A DNA stretch of 59,990 nucleotides, filler included, from Dugesia japonica (Eukaryota), in the NCBI GenBank assembly GCA_001938525.1. It is 5 parts of 5 records of this genome, joined end to end, with 100 filler letters (N's around TTAATTAATTAA, not from the genome) between each part and the next. Parts side by side here need not be neighbours in the genome. Positions count along the whole stretch, not along the records: positions 35,139 to 49,715 come from MQRL01581177.1; positions 49,816 to 59,990 come from MQRL01551767.1; 3 more parts are not named here. One strand, 5' to 3'. The translations under genes were made by a program, and so were the position numbers. The notes below the pieces were generated by a model. That model did not search any database and was not told the origin of the DNA. It saw nothing but the letters and a program-made list of their open reading frames with translations. Below are positions 36,901 to 50,251 of this stretch, piece by piece (the stretch's first letter is position 1; each line of letters opens with the position of its first letter).

Positions 36901-37470
36901 TCAAAATTTCCCCTCTTTAAGAACCTGTATATTTTTCTGTAACTTTTTCAATACTATTCCACTTCTCAACATCTTAAGGATAATCAATAACTTTCTTTAA
37001 CAGTGGACGGCTCTAACCTACTCCTCTACTCATGGAACTCTGTCATTTGGGTACTGCCTTTCAGAATCAATTTCATGTACTTCCTCATATCTATCGTTTG
37101 TATTGACTACTTCATTTGCAATAGCATATATTCGATTATATCAGTTAATTGGCCTTCCAGTAGTCACAATGCATTATGAATATTTCAATATTATCTCTTT
37201 TACAAAACACATTTGGTATTGATATATCTGTAATTGAATAGGTATTTACCACTGTCACTATGTTAGGTAAATCTTCAAATTATAATTCATTTTCAAAATC
37301 AGAACTATTACTTTAAGACATATTTAATTTACCATAAACCCAGATGAATAATTTTAATAAATATAGGGTAAAAATTAAAAAATCAATATAAATAATTTAA
37401 TCGCTTTCTATTTGCTGAAATTATAAATTATTAATTATTTCCTTTGTTGACAATCCATAATTATATATTT

Positions 37471-37471
37471 A

Positions 37472-37534
<63 letters not shown>

Positions 37535-37635
37535 NNNNNNNNNNNNNNNNNNNNNNNNNNNNNNNNNNNNNNNNNNNNNNNNNNNNNNNNNNNNNNNNNN
37601 NNNNNNNNNNNNNNNNNNNNNNNNNNNNNNNNNNN

Positions 37636-37694
<59 letters not shown>

Positions 37695-37708
37695 TAATAA
37701 AATAATAA
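37471..37708. repeat. (AAT)n microsatellite with assembly gap
   Basis: Pure AAT runs on both sides of an N gap. Confidence 0.95.
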
Positions 37709-38082
37709 TTTTAATAAATCGGGGGATTAAAACAATTTGAGTGGTTATTTGCTCTGTCAACTAAAGGAGATTTACTCAAACAACTCAATCAATCACATAT
37801 GTTTCAAACGGCTTGAGAAAACCAAAGTCGAAATATAGTTAATGAAATGATTGATAATAAATATGATAAATATTATGTNNNNNNNNNNNNNNNNNNNNNN
37901 NNNNNNNNNNNNNNNNNNNNNNNNNNNNNNNNNNNNNNNNNNNNNNNNNNNNNNNNNNNNNNNNNNNNNNNNNNNNNNNNNNNNNNNNNNNNNNNNNNNN
38001 NNNNNNNNNNNNNNNNNNNNNNNNNNNNNNNNNNNNNNNNNNNNNNNNNNNNNNNNNNNNNNNNNNACAATATATTAATCAC

Positions 38083-38479
38083 CTGCACCAAAGTGTAACT
38101 ATGAAAACTGCTGAAAGCAATGAAAATTATGCACTTGTTATCTTTTGTTTTAATACGAATAGAAATCATGCTATGGTCCTGAGAAGTTGCTCTCTTTCCT
38201 CTTTGATAATAAATATTATTTTTATTGTTATTGGTAATTTGATAAGACATCACTGGTTTTGGCCTCCTTAAGTAAGATATAATTGTATTTGGAGATATGG
38301 AGAAGGCGGAATATCCAGATGAGCATAAAGGAGGTTGATAACCAGATGGACATTCACATCTACCAACAAACCACTCGTCGACACATTTACCCACCCCACT
38401 ACATTTCTGTTCTGATTGTGAGCATGGTAAGGAACCAGATTTGTATCTAGGGCAACTATCATACAACAAATTTTTCTCT
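38083..38479 (-). CDS. Fat/FAT4-like cadherin exon (EGF + start of second laminin G)
   Basis: Acceptor TTTCAG, phase 2 matching the upstream exon across a 48-nt intron (38480-38527). Encodes CSGVGKCVDEWFVGRCECPSGYQPPLC..ISIRIKT. Donor CAG|GTGATT. Confidence 0.85.
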
Positions 38480-38527
38480 CTGAAATTGTATAGTTGATTC
38501 CAAATTAAATAATTTTATCAATCCTAC

Positions 38528-39372
38528 TCATTTCTAATGATGGTGGCGTTGTGTAGTTGAATATTTCTAATACAACCGACAAAATGTTGTACACCAGACA
38601 ATTTCACTTTGAGATTGCTTCCAATGATAACCCTCAAATTAGAGTATAAGTCCACAACAGTGGCACTCGATGACAAGCTAATATCAGATTTCTGTTGAAT
38701 TGTACTAAACATGTCATTTTCAAATTCACACTCATTCCATTCACTACAAGCTAAAATTGACACCAAAACATTGTTTCGATGAATATACAAATCGAGTTTC
38801 CACCAGTTTCCAGTCGACAACTCTTTCTTTGAGTCCCGCTGAGATATTAAAGCCAAATCTTCATAGATTGATATACGAATGCAGCCAAATGAGAGAGAGA
38901 TTTGAATGATTATAGAAGGTGACATAATTATTGTTACAAATGGAGTATCACTAAGAATGGTAGAAAATTCAAAAGAGATCTTCGATATAGTTTTAAATTC
39001 CATTTCTAAATACGACTGTTCAGGGAAACTTATTGCGGAATGTTGACATCGATCTCCATAATGACCAAAATGGCATCGGCACATGAACCCTCCCAACAAT
39101 GGGATACATTGTGTAGTACCAAGTTCAGAACATGGACTGGAAACGCAATGATTAAGCGGTTGTGTACAGAAGCTGTTTCCACTCCAATTTAGTTGACATT
39201 CACATTTGAATGCGCCTTGAATATTATTACAACTTCCGTGTTGATCACATAACTCGTCCCGATCACATTCATTAACATCATTTTCACAATTGTATCCCGT
39301 GTACCCATGTGGACATTCGCATACTGATTCACTGTTTACCGTTATTCCACAAATGCCACCATTATGGCAAAT
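38528..39372 (-). CDS. Fat/FAT4-like cadherin exon (EGF repeats + laminin G)
   Basis: Acceptor TATAG, phase 0. ICHNGGIC..CENDVNEC..CRCHFGHYGDRCQHSAISFPEQSYLEM..FVGCI resembles the FAT4 EGF-LamG junction. Donor GA|GTAGGA. Confidence 0.85.
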
Positions 39373-39782
39373 CTATACAGAAACAAATTAATAAAAAAAA
39401 TAATTAATTATATTTGATTAAAAACTTATAATAAAACTAATTGATAATTTTAATGAATGTAGCGATTTTATTGCTACTTTTTGGTAAAAATGATACTTTA
39501 AGTGAAATTTATAAATATTTTCTAATTATATAAATAAGGAATTTTATTGCGAATGCTAGGAAGTGTATATTTAACAATCTTATAGAAAATAAAAAAAATT
39601 ATAGTTCATTTATCGAAATCTTGAAATTTTTGAATGTTAAGAATATGATATAGAAAACAGATGGGTGACTCTTAGTAACCTCAAATTGAATACTGATCAA
39701 TGTAATTTAGAAGATTATATATCAACCACGTTACGACCAAATTATATCTAATATTGTTACATTTCTAATTAAGAAATAAATA

Positions 39783-40180
39783 CATAATAATAATATTATA
39801 ATAAAAACAATTATAATAATGATAATAATAATAATGATAATAATAAAAATAATAATTATAATAATGATAATAATAATAATTATAATAAAAATAACAATTA
39901 TAATAATAATAATAATGATAAAAATAAAAAGAATAATTATAATAATGATAATAATAATAATTATAATAATTATAATAAAAATAACAATTATAATAATGAT
40001 AAAAATAAAAAGAATAATTATAATAATGATAATAATAATAAAAATTATAATAATAATAATGATCAATAATAATATTATAATAATACTAATAATAAAAATA
40101 ATAGTAATAATCATAATTATTACTATAGTGATAATAATATACAATAATAATAATAAAAATAATAGTAATAATAATTATTA
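39783..40180. repeat. Compound AAT/GAT microsatellite
   Basis: Imperfect (AAT)n with internal higher-order repeats. Confidence 0.9.
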
Positions 40181-40186
40181 TGATCA

Positions 40187-40308
40187 TCATCAGACAAAAA
40201 TGAAAAATTGAGTTTTTTCAGTCTGTATTATTTAAACAAAGATTAATGCGATTATACTGAATATAAGATTCTTAATTTTTAAATTTTTTAGCAATTTTCA
40301 ATAAAAAA
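40187..40308. repeat. Dispersed repeat, second copy at about 44007-44170
   Basis: TCATCAGACAAAAATGAAA...CAGTCTGTATTAT..AAACAAAGATTAATGCGA..ATACTGAATATAAGA is shared. Both copies stop at CTGATGA on the minus strand. Confidence 0.7.
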
Positions 40309-40472
40309 ATGATAATAATAATATTAATAATATTGATAATAATAATGATAATAATAATAATAATGATAATAATAATATTAATAATAATGATAATAATAAT
40401 ATTAATAATATTGATAATAAAAATGATAATAATAATAGTATTAGTAATAATGATAATAATGATAATAATAAT
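40309..40472. repeat. Compound AAT/GAT microsatellite
   Basis: Imperfect (ATA)n. Confidence 0.9.
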
Positions 40473-41319
40473 TCATTTATTGCGGTCTATTGGAAAACGA
40501 TGAATTGCTAAATGTTTCTCTTCAGTTGAAATGCTCATGAACCCTTGTCATAAAGCATTATTTCCATGTTTTATGATAATTGTTATTCAGTCAATTCAGG
40601 TTACTAATAATACTTTATTTCTGTTGTATTCTTTGTGAATACAATTGAATATAATCAAAATATAAACAAACACAAAATAATAAGAAATCAGAAACTATTT
40701 ACAACAAACACTCCTGCTATCGGAAATTAATTTAAATTATGAGTAATAATAAATTATGGGAAACTCCCAATTCTTTCTAAATTCCCATCGAACACAGACA
40801 GTAAGTAAATAGTATTATCTTGTCAAACTGGCATTTAATAATAAATTTTTTTATACACCTCTATTCATTGATAATACTATAAATTAATTACAAAACGTTG
40901 ATAGATAAAAATACTTAATAATGTAGCATAATTATTAGAATAGTGATTATTTTACCATGATTACGATTACGTAATGGTAATTATAGCATGGTCAGTTAGG
41001 TTATCGTGAGGATAACATTGAAGAGGATAGAGCATTAGATGACATGATATATGAGATTGCGATCATCCGAGTATTACCAGGTTGACCTCCACTGTGAATA
41101 TAATCGCAACATCTGCACGCATTTGGCGTGATGGAGCAGTCATTGTTTTAACGAATTATTAGTGTTAGATAAGTGTAAAACATTCATCGTTGAATTTAAA
41201 AGAGAATTTGAATCCATAGAAAATTTATTAAAACACAAAAATAAATATAAATTAGATTTCTGAACAGTTGTCATTGATTTTCTTGTCGAAGTATTTCGGT
41301 TGCGGGCCAAATTATGAGT

Positions 41320-42727
41320 TGTGAAATATTTCGTGGCCGCAAAACAAAAATACCATAATTTAATAGTTAATACATAACTATGTTTTACTGGGTTTCCCAA
41401 AGTTTAAAATCAATATGTAAGTGTATGTAAGCAAATGTAAGTGCTTCCAAATAAGGAAAACATTTGTTGAGCATATTTGAGAAATTGTGGGAAATCCTCA
41501 TAACATAACCTTTTATACCAATCAATTAAGGAATTGTTTCGATAGCTGTTTTTATCTTCGATGTTTTCCTGTATCTCGATTAATTCGAACATTTTTAGAA
41601 TCACAATCAAATGGATTAGAAAATACATTTACCTTTACTTTATAATTGTTGAACTCATTAAATCGTCTGTCAAATTCATTCAATAACTCCTCTATAATTG
41701 TCTAATATTATTATTATGACGAAAGTATATTTAATGCTACAGCATGTTCCTTCACTAAAATAGTACTTTTGAGACAAGTTTCCAGTTTGAATTTGGTGTA
41801 ATAATAATGAAATTCTTCGTTCTGTGGATTTCATACAACATAGGAGATGAACAATGGATTTACCATTACCTCATAATTGTAAATGTAAATCATTCATAGC
41901 AGCAGTTATATCAGTCAGAAATGCCAAGTCGCATAATCAATTAATATCTAACAGTTCAATATCTCAAATTTTTTCCATTAAAAAGTCTATTATTTCTTTT
42001 CTTAAATTAAAGACTCTTTTTAATGTTAATCATTTACTACTATCTAACATCTGAAAAATAAAAAACATCACCAAATGCTCTAAAGAAACTTTCAAATTTT
42101 CTATGATTCAAAGACTGTTTTCTAATGAAATTCACTTTCTCAATAACTTCATCCATAACATTATTCATTTTCAGTACTTAAACTATAATTGGTTGTTGGC
42201 GGATAATTCTGTGATAATGATAAAATTTATTGGTATCACTACAATCATTGAACTTGACCAATCATAGCTGGAGCGTCATCTGTAGTTACGCCTACTAAGT
42301 TGTTTCAATGATTTTTGTTGACATCGAAACGAGGTTTCACAGCGTTAAATAAATCACATCCTCTAGAACGGTTTTTCAAACCTTCCATAGACAACAACTC
42401 TTCAAAAATCTTAAAATTTCCAGTAACTCCCTGAATATATATTAAAGGTTGGCTAATGTCGCCGATATCAGAACTTATTTTCGTCCAAGGCAATAATCAT
42501 TTTTTATGTCAACCACGAAACGTTGTCTTTTCTTTTATGCAACATTTTAATGTTTTCAATAAAAATATTCAACGAAATTACACAGCAATAAAAACGGCAT
42601 TTCACAGATGACAACCAAATATATCAAATTTTAACTCGACAATTTTTAATTATAATATGATAACATTTTTAAAATAATTTTTTTAATTATTAAATTTAAT
42701 TTGCGAGTCGCACTTTGGGAATTTCTG
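41320..42727 (-). mobile_element. Decayed hAT transposon (SPIN/GTF2IRD2-like)
   Basis: SDIGDISQPLIYIQGV..FEELLSM..RGCDLFNAV and FPQFLKYAQQMFSLFGSTYIC. TIR-like end GCGAGTCGCACTTTGGGAATTTCTG. Confidence 0.8.
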
Positions 42728-42789
42728 AATTATACCGTAAGATTAATTTTTAAAATTCTGTTAAACGTTATATTGATATTTTTCTTATT

Positions 42790-43570
42790 TTCAAAAATCG
42801 TTCTCAAAAAAACTTGCATCCAAATATAGATTTTACAGTTGAAAAAGAGATCAATTCAACAATTCCGTATTCTTGATATGATGCTTATTGAAAGAAAGAA
42901 TGCCTTCTTTTAAACAGAAATATATAGAAAGAAAGCTGGTACAGGTTTGTTTACAAATGTTGCCGGTTTTTGTAAAAAAATTTAAAAGTAATACGATTTA
43001 AGGATTAATTTATCATTCTTGGTCAATCTCTTTTACTTTTATTAAAGTAGATAAGAGTCTAAATAAATTAATTGAATTACTTCATAAAAATGATAATTCT
43101 AAATTATTTACAGAATTAGTCTAAAATGTTTTATCTTTAAATTATTATGAAAACTTTAAAAATTGTAAACAATCAATTGAAAACGCTCTTAAGAACATTT
43201 TAAATAAAAAATTGTATCTCAATTTTATACGGTTATAAATATGTTCAATAATAAATCTATAACTCCTTTAGGCTTGGGCACTGATCTGATCTATCAATTT
43301 AAATGTAATGGTGTTACTCAACATACATTGGAGATACTTCCCGCCATCTCTGCACCAGAGTACAAGAGCATAGTCGAAATAGTGGAAATAGTCATATTGT
43401 TGAGTATTGAAGAAAATCCATAAAATCAAAATGATTTTCTGATTTTAAAATCTTGTGCAGTGAATTTAATAATTATTGGGCGAGAGTGATGTTTGAAACT
43501 TTGTTGATAAAGGAATTAAATCCAAAAATTAATTTTTAGTTGACGGATTCAACATCGGTCTTACAATTAT
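42790..43570 (+). mobile_element. Penelope-like element remnant (RT C-terminus + GIY-YIG)
   Basis: HPNIDFTVEKE..LDM..TEIYRKKAGTGLFTN, then LIYQFKCNG..TYIGDTSRHLCTRVQEH. Confidence 0.85.
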
Positions 43571-43690
43571 TTTTTATCAATAAAACAAAACTAAATCATT
43601 TACATAATTATAAAAAAATTTTAATTTATTTCCAAACAAAAAATTATTTCTAAAAATAAAATTGTATTCATTATTATTTTACAAATCTAC

Positions 43691-43915
43691 TTTTACAATT
43701 ACAAGAATTATTGCGACGAAAATTGCTGATCGTATTTGAGATTTCATTAAAGTAAAAGCGTCGATCCAAATAATGTTTTTCTTATTTTATATATATTTTA
43801 TTTTTATAAGTTCTTGATAATATTTCGAATTTTCGACTTTATTTTCGTTAGGAATTGACTTTTTTATTTAATCAATATTAACTGTAGAAATAGAAATATT
43901 TTTTGGAATTAATTT
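43691..43915 (-). mobile_element. Fold-back element family, copy 5 (arm + tail, older)
   Basis: Minus strand GTCAATTCCTAACGAAAATAAAGTCGAAAATTCGAAAT...GATCGACGCTTTTACTTTAATGAA...CGCAATAATT..AATTGTAAAA. Confidence 0.7.
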
Positions 43916-45679
43916 ATTTTATTGAATTTTAATTGGTTAATAAAAAATAAGTAACGCNNNNNNNNNNNNNNNNNNNNNNNNNNNNNNNNNNNNNNNNNNN
44001 NNNNNNTCATCAGACAAAAATGAAATAAATGAGTTTATTCAGTCTGTATTATTCAAACAAAGATTAATGCGATAATACTGAATATAAGACGGTTATAATT
44101 CTAAATTTTTTTATTTTTTAAAAAAAATTCTTAATTTTTTAAATTTGTTAACAACTTTTCAATAAAAAATAAATTTATATAATAATATTTTATTACTTTT
44201 ACCTATAAAATGAAAGATGTTTTTTAAAATATATAATTTCTTTTTAAATTTTAGATTATATTAAAATTTTTTAAAACTTATGAAAATTGAAAATTATTTC
44301 AAAAAATAAAATAGAAAAACCTATGAAGTAAAAAAATCTTTTAAAATTTACTTTAAAAATAGAATACAATACTTATAGAAAAAAAATTTTTGAAAATAAA
44401 TTAAGATTTCAATAAAAATTGAAAAATTACTTTATATCTAAAAGATTTTTTAAAACTTTTTATTAATTTAGTAGAATGAGCGACCTGTACATTAATGCTT
44501 GGATTATGAAATCTAATCATTAACACCTCATACAACACTCTCTCCAAGTAATTCTTAAATTGCTTAGAAAATATTTTAAAATTTTAAATTTCAACATTCG
44601 CTTTGCAATTACTTTTATTTTTATATTTATGCTCAGCAATATTACTACCACCACCAAAAGGATTATGATATTGAACCCTAAATTATTTTCAAAATAGTCA
44701 ATGTATTCTAATATTTATAAAAATTTACTATTTAAAAATTAGCTTTGATTTAATAAAAATTTTATATTTATAACTCATTTAATAAAATAATTTAATTCAA
44801 AATATTTTCAAATTAATTTACATAAAAATAAATTTATTTAACTAACAACTGTTGGAAGGCTGTATTAATTCTGATGGAGTTGTAAATAATTGTTTCTCTC
44901 AACGACAATTGGATAGATAAAGGACATGAATGTAAATAATAACTAAACGTATTGTTGATGTTTAAAATATGTTTGAACACATCAAAATTATTTTGCCAAT
45001 GTGTTGTTTTATGGAATTGTACTAAGACGAAAGAATTATCAATTCCTCTAACTGGCAGTCTCAACTACTGACACTAATGATGACATTTGAAATAAAATAC
45101 AAGAAAGTTGTGTTTTGTATTAGATCTACCTCCAAGATGGATTTCACTTTTTATTAACACTTGGAAACGGGGAAAATACAGAAAGTGGACGTTTTCTAAT
45201 TTGTTGTTTTCAATGGAAACGTAAAAAAGAAAAATGAAACTAATATTTTCTTACACATAAGCATAATAAACAATTACTATAAACCATACCGGTTTGAGTA
45301 TTTTCTTCGCTCACCTGCATGCTCTGACTACGCGTCACATTATTTTTCTGTTTTATTACTTGTTAGCAACTTATCATAATCAAAGGTTTTCAGCATGTAT
45401 AATAATAGCAGTTAGTATTAACCTTTACACGTTATTTATTGTTTTACAACTGCCAAATAACTTCACAGTTTCTTTGTTTAAGTTTTAAATGTTTCATTTT
45501 ATAACTTATGCAAATAATGTAATATACAGATTAATGGGATTGTACCCACCTGTGACACATGCTTTCAAGTCCCGCTTACGCCGGCTGTGACTATAAATCA
45601 ATAATCAAGAACATAAAAATTATAATTAACGTTATCTTAAAGAAAATAGGTTTATTTTATAAATATTATTTAAATAAAA

Positions 45680-46165
45680 CGTTTTCAACCTTGTGCTCGC
45701 GGGCTACATGCAATTGTGAAGCTATTTCAATGCTCCAGAAGCAATGTATTAAAATAATGAAAGAAAATTAAACAAGATAAACATAAAAGAAAATGCTATT
45801 TAATCTCTCATTTAAAAGAAATTTGGAACAGTTTGAAAGTAGATTTCAGCAATTTACCATTATCAAACCCGTGGCTACATTTCTTGTAGAAACAAAGCGA
45901 AACATTACCGAAAATGGCAAATCTTTAATCTAAATTCTTCAAGAAGAAACATTAAGAAGTGAAGAAGATATTTTTATTATCAAAAAGATATATTAAAATT
46001 TCATGATCCAGATAAAATATTTTGAAATTTAGTTGATCGAAAAAAATCCATAATGTTTTGAAAAACAGCCTTGAAAATTAAATCCTATTTTGGCAAATAT
46101 TTAATTCCACCACGATTATTATAAAATAAAAATTCAGATCTTAATTTACTAATGCCAAACTTGAT
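45680..46165 (+). mobile_element. Decayed hAT transposase C-terminal fragment
   Basis: TIR-like CAACCTTGTGCTCGCGGGCTACATGC; FESRFQQF..PVATFL..NLVDRKK..ALKIKSYFG. Confidence 0.55.
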
Positions 46166-46575
46166 GATTGTTGACGATTGGAATTATTATTCATGAAAAA
46201 TTATCAAATGAAATGTACTTATTTGAATACTGATATATAAACAATATAAAAAGAATACAAACAATTTCCTTCTTTTTTTTACAAGAGTAACTAATGATGA
46301 TGGACATAGATGTTTTACAAATAGAAATTTTAAAAAATTGAGTTTTCTCATTATATATATGTATGTGCGTGTGTATGTTATAGGAAATGTATACTACAAA
46401 ATGTATGTTATAATAAAGGAGATAATGCTTACAAAGGACATAAAATTCACGTAAATTCTACTCAAGGAAATAAATCCTTTGAATGAAGTTTCTATTATAA
46501 CGTTATCAATGGAATTATTCTCATTTTATGAAACTCCTAAATATTATATTTTATAAAGTATAAATAAATACAAAC

Positions 46576-48870
46576 CTGTAGTCTACATTTCGCCATCAAA
46601 CTACAAGTTTCTCCAACATATCCATAGTTACATAAGCATTTTCTGTGGATATCTATTGTTGGATATATATTGATTTCTGTTGTATCATGTTCATCAGTGT
46701 AAAGTTGCTTGTAGTTTATTACTAATTTAGTAAAACATCCCCCGTGAAAATTACAGTATTTTTCATTGCATAGTTCTGTAATTATTTCTAGTATTTTCAC
46801 TTGCAACAAAATTTCTATTTGGTTTTTGTGTTCAGAGATTTTCTCAACAATCAAGTTTCTATTAGCTGATGAAGACCAAATTACCAAATAATATTTCAGT
46901 GGTTCAATTGCCATCAACAAGGTTGAAATCCGGAGAGTCAGTAAAAACCTTTTGACAGATTTCAAGTTTCTTATAATGGCTGATGTAAAAGGGTTTGATA
47001 ATCTTAAAATAATCCAATTAATTTGAATTTGTCGATCCTTAACTAATGCGATTTTCATGCGAAACGTTGAAACTACAGCTTTATGATAACCATCATGATG
47101 TATCACTTGAACATACGAGGTCTTACTCCATCTTAATGCTGACGAACTGTTAACAACGTGTAACCAACAATCTGGTGTAAGTAAAATTCCAAGAGGTACA
47201 TTTGGACTGCCCAGTCGACATTGATAATCACCAGTAGAATCCTTATCCGATGGCAATAGTTGAACAATTTTGGTCAATTGATACGGATGCTCACTGATTC
47301 CAAGAACAATGTCTGCATCTCTAGATTTACTTTCGCTATCATTTTCATCGTTTATTTGAATCAATAATGACAAAACATCTGATTGATTTACATAATCTAT
47401 AATAACAACTATTTTGAAATCAGTAACCACCTCCCTATCAATAGGTTTGTGAATTCTAATGATTCCCTTTCTGTCTATTAATAAATAACCTTGAGAATCA
47501 AAATATTCTTTTGTCAGAAAAAAGGCACCTTTTCCAATCGAATGATCTCGTAATACTCTATCGAGAGATCCTAGTGTTGCACCATCACCAATATTTTCTC
47601 TAATTTTTAATGAAATACTGATGCCATTATTATTTCTTGATTTATTAAATTTCACCGTGATTGATACAGTGGCGAATACGCAATCTGATTCATTATCTCG
47701 AGAAATAGCCTTGATCAAGACATTATAAACCGCTGGATAGTTTGAATATATATTATCGATATTGAATATTTCTCCAGAATCCTTTATCGAAAACGGAAAA
47801 TACTGACTACTATAAAGGCGGAGTTTTATATCTTTACTTTGTATCTGAGAGTTGGAGAAAATTTCAACTTTTCCAATAACTTGTTCAGATTTTAGATTTT
47901 TTTCAATGATAATATCATTACTTTTAATTTTTATTGAAGGAAAACTTGGTCGTGACAAATGACATACGTTAAATTGATGAGATGATGAATGAGCATTTGA
48001 TACTGCTATGAGAATAGATGATACGCGAAGGTTGATTGGCATGTGAATATAGCCGGTGTTCTGGCCAACAGATATGTATTGTTTTGATAACGTTGGATAG
48101 CTAGTCAGAAAATGATAAACCGATTTTGCTATTCCATTCAATTGATTATTCTCATTTGATAAAGGCACGTAAATTATTTGATTACCAAAGTTGGTCTCGG
48201 TAAATGAACAGTCTACAACCATGTTCCTCTTCAATGGCAGTACAAGATATATCATAAGAACATTAAATCTACCAATAGGCAAATCTTTTGGGTAATTCTC
48301 AATCGATACCCCTGATATGTAAAGAGATAACAAAACTATTGTCTCATTTAACGATTGTTTTATAACTTTTAAAGATAAATTACCATAATTTATTTGGTAT
48401 AAATTGACTAATGTTTGACTAGTTGTTTTCAATGAATATGTAGGAGGACTGTTAGTATTAGCATCGACAGAATCATCGTCTATTATTGGAGGTAATTTGA
48501 TAATATGGTCGATAGTTGGTAGCAAATAAACAAAATTTCGAAAAGCAAAATATGGAGCGTTGTCGTCTTCATCAATAATATTGATCATAATTATAGCAGT
48601 TTGTGATCTCCGAGGATATCCGAGATCATGAACTAATATAGTCAATGAATATTTTTGTTGGGTTTCATAATCGAGAGGGCTTGAAACTGTGAGTTGAAAT
48701 GACTTTCCATTAGATGACAACGAAGATGATAAAGAGGAAGCAAAAGATGATGATACTGATGAAATTAATGAAAATTGCTGATCACATGGTTTCCCAATAG
48801 CGATTCTGATCGTTCCGGATAATCCAGCATCTTGGTCGATAACATCAAGCATTATTAGAGATGTTCCTAT
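46576..48870 (-). CDS. Fat/FAT4-like cadherin exon (last cadherin repeats + first EGF), 765 codons
   Basis: Acceptor TTTTTCAG|ATA. Motifs DQDAG, LDYE, DEDDNAP, IDRE, NDEND, then EGF CLCNYGYVGETC. Donor CAG|GTTTGT, phase 0, joining KCRLQ|ICHNGG across a 7.2-kb intron. The gene is incomplete at both ends. Confidence 0.9.
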
Positions 48871-48935
48871 CTGAAAAATAAATTATTGTTGATTAATGAG
48901 AAAAAAATAATGGCAACCATAAGTTAAATTGATTA

Positions 48936-49075
48936 ATTAAAATAAAAGCTTCGATCGAATTCCTTTTGTTTTTGATAATATTTCAAATTTGCGACTAATT
49001 CTTTGTCAAGAATTGATTTTTTTGATTTATTCAAGATTTATGTTTATAATAGAAATATTTTATTGAATTAATTTG
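48936..49075 (-). mobile_element. Fold-back element family, copy 6 (inverted arm upstream of a PLE RT)
   Basis: ATTAAAATAAAAGCTTCGATCG...TTTGCGACTAATTCTTTGTCAAGAATTGA. The flank continues to match copy 5 (AATAGAAATATTTT..GAATTAATTT). Confidence 0.65.
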
Positions 49076-49299
49076 TTTCAGAACATTTAAATAATTATGA
49101 AACAATAGCTAACAAATGACTACAAACTTAAAGATCACAAAATGTGATCTGTGTTTTAATAGTATTAATTAATTAGTGTTGTTTTTAAATAAATTTTAGT
49201 TACCAAAGTTATTTATTCAATATCAATAACACAAAATAACAATGATTGAAGACCTATTGTCAACGCTTCTGACCCTTCTTCAACTATATTATACATACA

Positions 49300-49715
49300 T
49301 ATGACAGATCAATATTGAAATAACTATTAAGTTTGATTCAAAGAATAGTTACGAGTTTATCAGACGAATTAAAAGTTATGACTTGAAGAGTGATGATAAA
49401 TTTGGCTCATTAGATGTAACATATTTATATAGATCAATTACAATAAAAGGACCTGAAAATGTCATCGATATTGTAAGCGACTTCTTTGAAAGATACAAAA
49501 AACATACAGCTATTCCACAGATCACCAAAAATTATTTCAAATATAATTTGTGCTTTTACTCTGATAGCATTTTCATAGGTGAACACATTTTTAAAAAAAT
49601 GGTTGTCTTGCAATGAGTAACAATTTATTTCCAATTCTAGCGATAATTTTTATGAACTTCATTGAAAATCAAAAAAGAAAATTCATCTATGGTTTAGATA
49701 CATAGATGATATTTT
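49300..49715 (+). mobile_element. Penelope-like reverse transcriptase remnant
   Basis: KNSYEFI..GSLDVTYLY (motif A), LAMSNNLFPILAIIFMNFIE (motif B), WFRYIDDIF (motif C). Confidence 0.85.
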
Positions 49716-49815
49716 NNNNNNNNNNNNNNNNNNNNNNNNNNNNNNNNNNNNNNNNNNNNTTAATTAATTAANNNNNNNNNNNNNNNNNNNNNNNNNNNNN
49801 NNNNNNNNNNNNNNN
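49716..49815. other. Artificial scaffold-joining spacer
   Basis: 44 N + TTAATTAATTAA + 44 N. Confidence 0.95.
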
Positions 49816-50251
49816 ACTGCATCGGCAGAGGCCAAAGTTAAACGATACAAGATGTGCATGAAATTTAAGAAGGAGGCCGAGGGATCCCACACCCAAGAGA
49901 AAATCTGGAAAGGGCAGGTCGAGTCCCTCGTAGATATAATCCGGTCCTACCAAGACCGAGAAAGTATACTGGTCAACGACGTTTTAAAACTAAAAACGGC
50001 CATGCCCCTTAAACCGTNNNNNNNNNNNNNNNNNNNNNNNNNNNNNNNNNNNNNNNNNNNNNNNNNNAATGGTCGATAAGGGTGCTCAGACTTTGCGGTA
50101 ATGGCTTCATCATTGAATATGAATAAATTATTGTATTGCACCTTTGGTTGCTTTATTCTTACTGCTTATGTTATTTTAAAAACAATTTTGCGACATAACC
50201 AATAATCATAATTGATATAATTATTATACTAACTATCATTCTGCTTTTCAG

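Noticed and set aside
39731-40503. Poly-Ile ORFs (also poly-Leu/Tyr at 37461-37760)
   Set aside because: Translations of AAT microsatellites, not genes.
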